Source: an uncultured Bacteroidota bacterium
GTDB lineage: Bacteria > Bacteroidota > Bacteroidia > Bacteroidales > UBA12077
Direction of reading: 5' to 3'
Assembly (NCBI GenBank): GCA_913055895.1
Contig: CAJXLE010000001.1
Location: 1 to 52,348, forward strand
DNA length: 52,348 nt
The notes under the pieces are model-generated. The model ran no database searches. It saw only the letters and a program-made list of their open reading frames with translations, and had not been told where the DNA came from. The position numbers and the translations under genes are program-made. This document shows positions 8,157-16,206 of the stretch, piece after piece; position 1 is the stretch's first letter, and each line of letters starts with the position of its first letter.

Positions 8157-10724
8157 ATGAATAAATTGAAGATTTTTAATGTGGCTCCCAAGATGCCTGA
8201 AAATATTCAGTTTCTTGAGAAGCTCTCGAAGAATTTGTGGTGGACATGGAATTCCAATGCCCAGAATTTGTTTCGCAGGATTCAGCCTTCCCTGTGGTAT
8301 GACAGCGAGCGCAATCCCACCGCCATGCTCTTGTCGGTGTCGCAGGAACGCCTGGAAGAGCTTGCCGAGGACGAAGGTTTCGTGCAGCATTTGAACGAAG
8401 TCAAACAGCAGTTTGAAGCAGAGATTGAAAACAAAAAGGACAAGAGCAGCCAGGAAGGCTGTGTGGCTTATTTTTCGCTGGAATATGGTTTGCACGAGAG
8501 CATTAGGATATATTCAGGTGGCCTGGGAGTCCTGGCCGGCGATCACCTTAAGACCGCATCCGACCTGGACATATGCCTTCATGGCGTAGGCTTGTTCTAC
8601 CGGGAGGGTTATTTCCGCCAACATCTGAACAATGAGGGTTGGCAGGAGGAGAGCTATCCCGCCAACATGCTTCAGCACATGCCTTTTCACAAGGTGACCG
8701 ATGAGGAGGGCAACGACCTGCTAGTGTCGCTTAAGATGCCTGATGGTGTCCTCAAAGCCTGTATCTGGCGGGTGGATGTGGGCAGGACCCACCTTTTCCT
8801 GCTGGATGCCAACCTGCCCGAGAACAGGCCCGAACACCGGGATATCACCTCCCGGCTGTATGGAGGCGACCGTAAGATGCGGCTGCGGCAGGAGCTTTTA
8901 CTGGGCATCGGCGGTTTTTATGCCCTCACCCTGATGGGATATGAGCCCAAGGTCTGTCACATCAACGAGGGCCATGCCGCTTTCCTGAACATAGCACGCC
9001 TCGACTATTTTGTCCGCAACAAGGGCATCACCCTGGACGAGGCCCTTCAGATGGTGCCCCGCACCAAGGTTTTTACCACCCATACACCGGTGCCTGCCGG
9101 CCACGAATCTTTTCGGGTCGACCTGCTGAAGCCCCACCTGGAAGCTGTGATGGAGGATTTTGCCATCGAGGTGGACGATTTGATGGAGCTGGCCCAGGTG
9201 GAGCCTGAGGATGAAAACAACGACAACAATGGCGACAACAGGGAGATGTCGCTGACCGTCCTGGGATTGAGGACATCGGCTTTTTCCAACGGAGTGAGCG
9301 AGCTGCACGGACGCGTATCCAGACAGATGTGGTCGCACCTGTGGCCCAACCATGCCGAAGAGGAGATACCCATTCACCACATCACCAACGGCGTGCACCT
9401 TCCAACCATGGTGAGCGAGGAGATTGCCCACCTGCTGGAGCGTTATATCGGCAGCGGCTGGGACCGTGGACTCTTCAACGGGGGTGAGACAAGGGCCATC
9501 GACGGCATACCCGCCGAAGAGCTTTGGCATGCCCACGAAATAGCTGGATCCCGCATGATAGCCACCATACGCCGGCGTCTCCAGGATTCACTCAGGGCCA
9601 ACCACGCCCCGGGTTACGAGATCTCCAAAGCGGAGAACGTGCTCGACAACAATGTGCTGACCATTGGTTTTGCCCGTCGTTTTGCCACCTACAAAAGGGC
9701 CACCCTCATCCTCCATGATATTGAGCGGTTGAAAAAGCTTGTCCTGAACGAAGAGCAACCCATCCAGCTCGTTTTTGCCGGTAAGGCCCACCCGGCCGAT
9801 GAAGGGGGCAAAAAACTCATACAGGAGATATACAACCTCTCCCGGGATGAAGAGCTGGGCCGGCGCATCGTCTTTCTCGAAGATTACGATATGTTCATTG
9901 CCGAGCGCATGGTACAGGGCGTCGACATATGGCTGAACAACCCCCGGCGGCCCCGTGAGGCCAGTGGAACATCCGGTATGAAGGCGGCATTGAACGGCGC
10001 CATCAACTTCAGCGTGCTGGACGGTTGGTGGGCTGAAGCCTACAATGGTAAGAACGGCTGGGCCATCGGTAAAGGCGAGGTTTACGAAGATGTCAACTAC
10101 CAGGATCACATCGAAGCCCAGTACCTCTACAACACCCTGGAGAATGACATCATACCCCTGTATTACCAGAACCAGAAGGGCAACATACCGGAGGCCTGGG
10201 TCAACATGATGAAGGAGTCGATCAAGACCACCCTGTCCTACTTCTCCAGCCACCGTATGGTCAAGGAATACATGAACTATACCTACCTGCCTGCCTTCAA
10301 GAATTATGAGGCTTTCTCAAGCGATCATTTTAAGAAGGGCAGGGAGTACACCCAAACCTTTATGCAGCTGAAGAGCAACTGGGATAAGGTGATGATCCAT
10401 CCGCCCGAGTCCGACCGCAGCATGGACTCGTTGCGGGTAGGCGACCGTTTCAAGATCACAGCCAGGGTTTTTTTGGATAATATATTACCCGACCATGTGG
10501 ATGTGGAGGTCTATTACGGACCGGTGGGGTCCATGAACACCATAGAGACCTCCCATTCTGTCAGGATGGAGATGGTGGAAAAGGAAGGGAAAGGTTACTA
10601 CACCTATTCGAGCGAGATTGTCTGTGAAGCAGCCGGACGCTATGGCTTTACCGTACGGGTGGTTCCACACGACCCCGTCTGGAAGAACACCATGCCCGGG
10701 CTGATCACATGGGCGGAGATATAA
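8157..10724 (+). CDS. glgP: alpha-glucan (glycogen/maltodextrin) phosphorylase, GT35
   Basis: 855-aa ORF. The N-terminus LSKNLWWTWN is typical of the alpha-glucan phosphorylase subfamily. The PLP-lysine block is readable as EASGTSGMKAALNGAINFSVLDGWW. Confidence 0.9.
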   Translation: MNKLKIFNVAPKMPENIQFLEKLSKNLWWTWNSNAQNLFRRIQPSLWYDSERNPTAMLLSVSQERLEELAEDEGFVQHLNEVKQQFEAEIENKKDKSSQEGCVAYFSLEYGLHESIRIYSGGLGVLAGDHLKTASDLDICLHGVGLFYREGYFRQHLNNEGWQEESYPANMLQHMPFHKVTDEEGNDLLVSLKMPDGVLKACIWRVDVGRTHLFLLDANLPENRPEHRDITSRLYGGDRKMRLRQELLLGIGGFYALTLMGYEPKVCHINEGHAAFLNIARLDYFVRNKGITLDEALQMVPRTKVFTTHTPVPAGHESFRVDLLKPHLEAVMEDFAIEVDDLMELAQVEPEDENNDNNGDNREMSLTVLGLRTSAFSNGVSELHGRVSRQMWSHLWPNHAEEEIPIHHITNGVHLPTMVSEEIAHLLERYIGSGWDRGLFNGGETRAIDGIPAEELWHAHEIAGSRMIATIRRRLQDSLRANHAPGYEISKAENVLDNNVLTIGFARRFATYKRATLILHDIERLKKLVLNEEQPIQLVFAGKAHPADEGGKKLIQEIYNLSRDEELGRRIVFLEDYDMFIAERMVQGVDIWLNNPRRPREASGTSGMKAALNGAINFSVLDGWWAEAYNGKNGWAIGKGEVYEDVNYQDHIEAQYLYNTLENDIIPLYYQNQKGNIPEAWVNMMKESIKTTLSYFSSHRMVKEYMNYTYLPAFKNYEAFSSDHFKKGREYTQTFMQLKSNWDKVMIHPPESDRSMDSLRVGDRFKITARVFLDNILPDHVDVEVYYGPVGSMNTIETSHSVRMEMVEKEGKGYYTYSSEIVCEAAGRYGFTVRVVPHDPVWKNTMPGLITWAEI

Positions 10725-10737
10725 TCTGCTATATACT

Positions 10738-10806
10738 GCCATATGCCGCTAAACGCACCGCTTAGCGGTAAGGAATCGCTTAGCGGTGCGTTTAGCGGCA
10801 TATGGC
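10738..10806 (+). terminator. long inverted repeat (30-bp arms, 9-nt loop) between glgP and glgA; probable terminator or processing hairpin
   Basis: GCCATATGCCGCTAAACGCACCGCTTAGCG (10738-10767) pairs with CGCTTAGCGGTGCGTTTAGCGGCATATGGC (10777-10806), 29 of 30 positions complementary. It starts 14 nt after the glgP stop. No T-tract follows. Confidence 0.6.
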
Positions 10807-10835
10807 AAAGCAAAACACAACCAAAAACCTAAAAC

Positions 10836-12392
10836 ATGAGGGAACAGCAGCTAAAACAAATGACCAGGGAAAAGCGACGGGGTGTTCGTTTGCCCAGGAA
10901 TCCGCGTATACTCATCATCACCCCTGAGATTACCCACCTGCCCAAGGGGATGGGCAACATGGCCAACGTCTTGACGGCCAAGGCAGGTGGTATGGCCGAC
11001 GTGTCGGCTTCACTGGTTTCCGAGCTGTATGAGCTGGGAGCCGATGTGCATGTGGCCCTGCCCCATTACCGGCGGATGTTCAACATCGACATAGGGCAGC
11101 TGATCAGCGATGAGCTGCGCATCTTCCAGGAGAAACTGCCCGACTCCCGCATCCACCTGGCTGAAGACCGCATCTTCTATTACCGCAATTCCATATACAG
11201 CGGCTACGGCAACGAATCGGCCCATATCTCCCTTGCCTTCCAGCGTGAGGCCATCAACAACATCATCACCACCGTCAAGCCCGACCTGATACACTGCAAC
11301 GACTGGATGACGGGACTGATCCCTGCCATGGCCCGCCGGCGTGGCATACCCTGTCTTTTTACCATCCACAACATCCACACCCAGAAAGTCACCCTGTCCC
11401 ATATTGAGGACCGGGGCATCGACGCCGCCGAATTCTGGCAGCACCTGTTCTTCAGCTGGCCCCCCAACTCCTACGAGGAGAGCCGCGAGGACAACCCCGT
11501 CGACCTTCTGGCCAGCGGCATCTTTGCCTCCCATTTCATCAACACGGTCAGCCCCACCTTCCTTCGTGAGATCACCGATGGCTGGCACAACTTTGTGCCC
11601 GATGCCATCCGCCAGGAGATCGTCAACAAGAGGGACGCCGGGGTGGCCTATGGCATCATCAACGCCCCCGACAAGGTTTTTAACCCCGAGGACAATCCCA
11701 ACATCGAGTTTCGTTATTCCCACGAGAAACCCCTGGAGAGAAAACAGCGCAACAAGACCGACTTACAGAAGAAGCTCGGGCTTATAGAAGATCCCGAAGC
11801 CCCCATGTTCTTCTGGCCTTCGCGGCTCGACCCCATCCAGAAAGGGTGCGACCTGCTGGCCCATGTCCTTTACCACCTGGTCTCCAGCTACTGGGATGAT
11901 AAACTGCAGATGGTGTTTGTGGCCAACGGCAGCTATCAGCAGGTGTTTCGCGACATTGTGCGGTTTCATGGCTTCTTTGAGCGGGTGGTGGTGGCCGACT
12001 TTGAGGAGAAGCTCTCCCACCAGGCTTATGCCGCCAGCGATTTTGTGCTGATGCCCTCCAAGTTTGAGCCCTGCGGACTGCCGCAGATGATCGGGAGCCT
12101 GTTCGGCAGCCTGCCCGTGGCCTTCGACACCGGAGGCCTGCACGACACCGTGGGGCACCTGGATGTGAAGAACGACCGCGGCAACGGCTTTCTTTTCAAT
12201 GTTTTCGACGGACCCGGTCTGGAGTGGGCCGTCGGCCAGGCTATGGAGTTTTACCGTATGCCCGGCGGGGTCAGGGAGCAACAAATCTCCCGCATCATGA
12301 AGGAAAGCCGTGAGCGATTCAACCTTTCGCAAACGGCCCGTCAATACATCGAGCTGTACGAAAAAATGTTGCACCGGCCGCTGGTCGACTAA
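10836..12392 (+). CDS. glgA: glycogen/starch synthase, GT5
   Basis: 518-aa ORF. It has a K-x-G-G-L-type donor motif (KAGGMADV) and the C-terminal block PSKFEPCGLPQMIGSLFGSLPVAFDTGGLHDTV typical of GlgA. There is an N-terminal extension or insert relative to the classical ~477-aa enzyme. Confidence 0.88.
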   Translation: MREQQLKQMTREKRRGVRLPRNPRILIITPEITHLPKGMGNMANVLTAKAGGMADVSASLVSELYELGADVHVALPHYRRMFNIDIGQLISDELRIFQEKLPDSRIHLAEDRIFYYRNSIYSGYGNESAHISLAFQREAINNIITTVKPDLIHCNDWMTGLIPAMARRRGIPCLFTIHNIHTQKVTLSHIEDRGIDAAEFWQHLFFSWPPNSYEESREDNPVDLLASGIFASHFINTVSPTFLREITDGWHNFVPDAIRQEIVNKRDAGVAYGIINAPDKVFNPEDNPNIEFRYSHEKPLERKQRNKTDLQKKLGLIEDPEAPMFFWPSRLDPIQKGCDLLAHVLYHLVSSYWDDKLQMVFVANGSYQQVFRDIVRFHGFFERVVVADFEEKLSHQAYAASDFVLMPSKFEPCGLPQMIGSLFGSLPVAFDTGGLHDTVGHLDVKNDRGNGFLFNVFDGPGLEWAVGQAMEFYRMPGGVREQQISRIMKESRERFNLSQTARQYIELYEKMLHRPLVD

Positions 12393-12423
12393 CAGCATTC
12401 CTTCACCACATATGTTTCACCAC

Positions 12424-12440
12424 ACGGGCCTGCTGCCCGT
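12424..12440 (+). other. short hairpin in the glgA-glgB spacer
   Basis: ACGGGC-CTGCT-GCCCGT forms a 6-bp stem with a 5-nt loop. No U-tract follows, so function is unclear. Confidence 0.25.
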
Positions 12441-12449
12441 TAAAAGAGA

Positions 12450-14438
12450 TTGATTTTGAACAGAAAGATACAACTCACCGACGACCCCTACCTGACGCCC
12501 TACCTGGACATCGTAGAGTCGCGCAGGGAGAAGATCATACAAACCGAACAAAGGCTCACCCAGGGAAAAATGTCACTGACCGATTTTGCTTCTGCCCATG
12601 AGTATTATGGGTTGCATGTCAACGGAGGCGACTGGGTTTTTCGCGAGTGGGCTCCCAATGCCCGCTCGATCTACCTGATCGGCGATTTCAGTGACTGGCA
12701 GTGCCGGGAGGATTTTCGCCTGCAGCGGGTCAATGACCACGGCGACTGGCAGCTGGAATTTCCCGGGAAAGTGCTCAAAGACAGGGACCTTTACCGCCTT
12801 CACATCTTCTGGGAGGGAGGTCAGGGCGACCGTCTGCCGGCCTATGCCCGCCGGGTGGTCAAAGATGAAGAAACCGGCATCTTCAACGCCCAGGTCTGGC
12901 TCAGCAAATACGAATGGAAGCATCCCGGCTACAGGAACCGCCATCCCTTCCTGAAGATATACGAAGCCCATGTGGGCATGTCATCGGAGGAAGGGCGTAT
13001 CGCCTCCTACGACGATTTCAGACAACAGGTGCTGCCGCGTATTGAAGCAGCCGGTTACAATGCCATCCAGCTGATGGCCGTACAGGAACATCCTTACTAT
13101 GCCTCTTTTGGTTACCACGTGGCCAACTTTTTTGCCCCTTCCTCACGTTTCGGCACCCCACAGGAGCTGAAGAGGCTCATCGACGATGCCCATGAGCGTG
13201 ACATTGCCGTGATCATCGACCTGGTGCATTCACACAGCGTCAGGAACGAGGTCGAGGGCCTTTCCCGTTTCGACGGCACCGAATACCAGTATTTCCACGG
13301 CGGCTCCAGGGGCTACCATGAAGCCTGGGATTCCAGGTGCTTTGATTACGGTAAGATTCCCGTGATCCATTTCCTGCTCTCCAACACCCGATACTGGCTG
13401 GATGAGTTCAATGTCGACGGCTTCCGCTTCGACGGCATCACCAGCATGTTGTACCTGCACCATGGGGTGGGCTATACGTTCACCTCCTACGACGATTATT
13501 TCAATGAATATGTGGACACCGATGCTTATGTCTACCTGTCGCTGGCCAACAAGGTGATCCACCAGATAAAGTCTACGGCGGTGACCATCGCCGAGGACAT
13601 CAGCGGGATGCCAGGTCTGGCTTATCCCTATGAAGAAGGGGGCGGGGGGTTCGATTACCGCCAGGCCATGGGCGTGAGCGATTACTGGTTTAAGATGCTT
13701 AAGGACATGCGGGATGAGCAGTGGAATATGGACAGCCTGTGGCATGAGCTGACCAACAAGCGGCCCGAGGAGTCGACCGTGAGCTATGTGGAGTGCCACG
13801 ACCAGGCCCTGGTGGGCGGCAAGACGCTGATCTTTGAGCTGGCCGATAAGGAGATGTACACCGACATGATCCGCACCACCCAAAACCTTGTCATCGAGCG
13901 GGCGGTGGCCCTGCACAAGATGGCCCGGCTCACGACACTGGGGACGGCTCATGGGGGTTACCTGAATTTCATGGGCAACGAGTTTGGACATCCCGAATGG
14001 GTCGATTTCCCACGTGAAGGCAACAACTGGTCGTACCATTACAGCAGGCGGCAATGGAGCCTGCGCGACAACGGGAGGCTTATATACCATGCACTGGGCG
14101 AGTTTGACCGCGACATGATGCAGCTTGAAGATGGTGAGTTCAGCGGGTCCTTTCCCGAGCCCATGTACCTGCACAACGATCATAAGGTGATGGCTTTCCG
14201 CCGCAGCAAGTACCTTTTCGTGCTCAACTTCCACCCCGAGGGCTCGCTTACCGACTATCCCATACCCGTATGGGAGAAAGGCAAATACGTGCTGGTGCTC
14301 GATACCGATCACCCCGAATACAACGGCTTCAACCGCATCAAACCCGGCCAGGAGTTTTTCACCCAGCCCGGCGACAGCCCCCATATTAAAGTCTACCTGC
14401 CCAGCCGCACCGGCCTTGTGCTGAAATACCAGGGCTGA
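12450..14438 (+). CDS. glgB: 1,4-alpha-glucan branching enzyme, eukaryote-like GH13 type
   Basis: 662-aa ORF. Long stretches read like animal or fungal branching enzyme (DPYLTPYLD, YEAHVGMSSEEGRIASY, QLMAVQEHPYYASFGYHV, DGFRFDGITSMLYLHHG). An in-frame TAA at 12441 and the conserved N-terminal DPYL block force a non-ATG start (TTG at 12450 or 12456). Confidence 0.9.
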   Translation: MILNRKIQLTDDPYLTPYLDIVESRREKIIQTEQRLTQGKMSLTDFASAHEYYGLHVNGGDWVFREWAPNARSIYLIGDFSDWQCREDFRLQRVNDHGDWQLEFPGKVLKDRDLYRLHIFWEGGQGDRLPAYARRVVKDEETGIFNAQVWLSKYEWKHPGYRNRHPFLKIYEAHVGMSSEEGRIASYDDFRQQVLPRIEAAGYNAIQLMAVQEHPYYASFGYHVANFFAPSSRFGTPQELKRLIDDAHERDIAVIIDLVHSHSVRNEVEGLSRFDGTEYQYFHGGSRGYHEAWDSRCFDYGKIPVIHFLLSNTRYWLDEFNVDGFRFDGITSMLYLHHGVGYTFTSYDDYFNEYVDTDAYVYLSLANKVIHQIKSTAVTIAEDISGMPGLAYPYEEGGGGFDYRQAMGVSDYWFKMLKDMRDEQWNMDSLWHELTNKRPEESTVSYVECHDQALVGGKTLIFELADKEMYTDMIRTTQNLVIERAVALHKMARLTTLGTAHGGYLNFMGNEFGHPEWVDFPREGNNWSYHYSRRQWSLRDNGRLIYHALGEFDRDMMQLEDGEFSGSFPEPMYLHNDHKVMAFRRSKYLFVLNFHPEGSLTDYPIPVWEKGKYVLVLDTDHPEYNGFNRIKPGQEFFTQPGDSPHIKVYLPSRTGLVLKYQG

Positions 14439-14456
14439 TAACCGCCTTTACATCCA

Positions 14457-14484
14457 CAGGCCCCTTTTTACGGGGCCTGTTTTG
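14457..14484 (+). terminator. rho-independent terminator closing the glycogen locus
   Basis: CAGGCCCC-TTTTTAC-GGGGCCTG forms an 8-bp GC-rich stem followed by TTTTG. It lies 19 nt after the glgB stop. Confidence 0.8.
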
Positions 14485-14585
14485 CTAAAGCGTTCTTTTT
14501 GGGTTTGCCTTTTCAGGTAAAGACTGTTTTTGCCTACTTGCGATTTTACAGGAAAAAGTTTTCTGTAGTCTGCTTTTTCTGTTTG

Positions 14586-15887
14586 TCAGGCTGCTTCTTC
14601 TGTTTTCTTTGGCGGATAGTTCAGATCGCCCTCGCTCTTCGATACGATGGTGCTGACCGTACTGTCGCCGGTGATGTTGACCACGGTGCGGAGCATGTCC
14701 AGCGGACGGTCGATGCCCAGGATCAGCGCCAGTCCTGCCGCAGGCAGTCCCACACTCGAGAGCACGATCACCAGCATGATGATGCTTCCGCCAGGCACCC
14801 CTGGTGTACCTATGGATGAGAGGGTGGCCGTCAGCACGATGGTTACCTGCTGGGCCAGCGTGAGGTCCAGGCCAAAGACCTGGGCGATGAACACCGCGGC
14901 AATGGCCTGGTAACAGGAAGTGCCGTCCATGTTGATGGTCACCCCGATGGGCAGCACGAAATTGGAGACGGTCTTGGAAACGCCCAGCTCGTTTTGTGTT
15001 TGCCGCAGTGTCACGGGCAGTGTGGCTGCACTGCTGCTGGTGGTGAAGGCAAACATCTGGGCCGGGAAGATGGCCCTGAAGAAGTGGGGATACTTAACAC
15101 CTGCCAGCAGGCGGATGAAAAAGGGATATACCGCAAAGATGATCACCAGCAGTCCGAGTACCACCACCCCGGCGTAGTTGGCCAGGGCCACGAAAAGGTC
15201 CGCATCGCCGCTGAACTCAACGATCAGGGCTGCCAGCAGGGCGAAGACCCCTATGGGCGCAAAGGCCATGATAAAATCGATGATCTTAAGGATCACCTCG
15301 TTGAACCCGTCGAAGAAGTCTTTCACCGTCCTGATCTTCTCGGTGGGAATCATCACCATGGCTATGGCGAAGAGGATGGCGAAGAAGATGATCTGTAGCA
15401 TGTTGCGGTTGTTGGAGGCCGAGTCGACAATGTTTTCCGGGACCATGTCGACCAGGAACTGCAGGGGCGACTGCTCCTGAACTTTTTCAGCCGAGATCTC
15501 CTTTTCCTGGATGTCGACCTCGTAGCGCTCCTGTAGCTCGGTTTGCTTTTCCTCGGGAAAGGTGTTGCCGGGCTCCAGCAGGTTGACCAGTCCCAGTCCC
15601 AGCGAAGTGGCAATAAGCGTGGAGACCAGGTACAAGCCGATGGTCTTTAATCCCATCCTCGACAACCTCGAAATGTCGGTGAGGCTCGAGATGCCTTTGA
15701 CCAGGGACACAAAGATAAGGGGCACAGCTATGAGCTTCAGCAGGTTGAGGAAGATGGTGCCAAAGGGTTTGATCCAGTCCAGGGTGAATTCCTTCAGACC
15801 GGTAAAGACGGCTATCAACCCCCATACAACGCCAAGAACCATACCGATGATGATCTTCAGCCACAGGGGTATATTTTTCTTCTTCAT
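14586..15887 (-). CDS. dicarboxylate/amino acid:cation symporter (DAACS/SLC1 family)
   Basis: 433-aa polytopic membrane ORF with family-typical blocks (FAFTTSSSAATLPVT, PIGVTINMDGT, SIGTPGVPGG). Confidence 0.85.
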   Translation of the reverse strand: MKKKNIPLWLKIIIGMVLGVVWGLIAVFTGLKEFTLDWIKPFGTIFLNLLKLIAVPLIFVSLVKGISSLTDISRLSRMGLKTIGLYLVSTLIATSLGLGLVNLLEPGNTFPEEKQTELQERYEVDIQEKEISAEKVQEQSPLQFLVDMVPENIVDSASNNRNMLQIIFFAILFAIAMVMIPTEKIRTVKDFFDGFNEVILKIIDFIMAFAPIGVFALLAALIVEFSGDADLFVALANYAGVVVLGLLVIIFAVYPFFIRLLAGVKYPHFFRAIFPAQMFAFTTSSSAATLPVTLRQTQNELGVSKTVSNFVLPIGVTINMDGTSCYQAIAAVFIAQVFGLDLTLAQQVTIVLTATLSSIGTPGVPGGSIIMLVIVLSSVGLPAAGLALILGIDRPLDMLRTVVNITGDSTVSTIVSKSEGDLNYPPKKTEEAA

Positions 15888-16206
15888 AAAACTGGGGTTT
15901 GAGGTTGTTCAATGACCAAAAATATAATATTCATTTGAATATCTATGCCTGCATAGGTTTAATCCTGAAGATTGCCCCGCCACCATGTTTGCCTGTGTTT
16001 CAGAAGAAGAGATGTTGCATAATATTATTAAACTGTCAATATTTTTCCCGAAATGTGTTTATGTGAATCATCAATTTTTTAATTTTATTATAGGGAATGG
16101 AGCCTGAAAAAAACACCGCTTCTTTGCATTTGTAGTCCCCTATGGGTAAGGGGGTGCGGGATGATAAGGCAGCCAGGCTTACACTTTATATCAGACCAGG
16201 GAATTT

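Noticed and set aside
13230-14384. 384-aa minus-strand ORF inside glgB
   Set aside because: It is antisense to a branching-enzyme frame that reads like animal/fungal branching enzyme along long stretches, so it is a shadow ORF.
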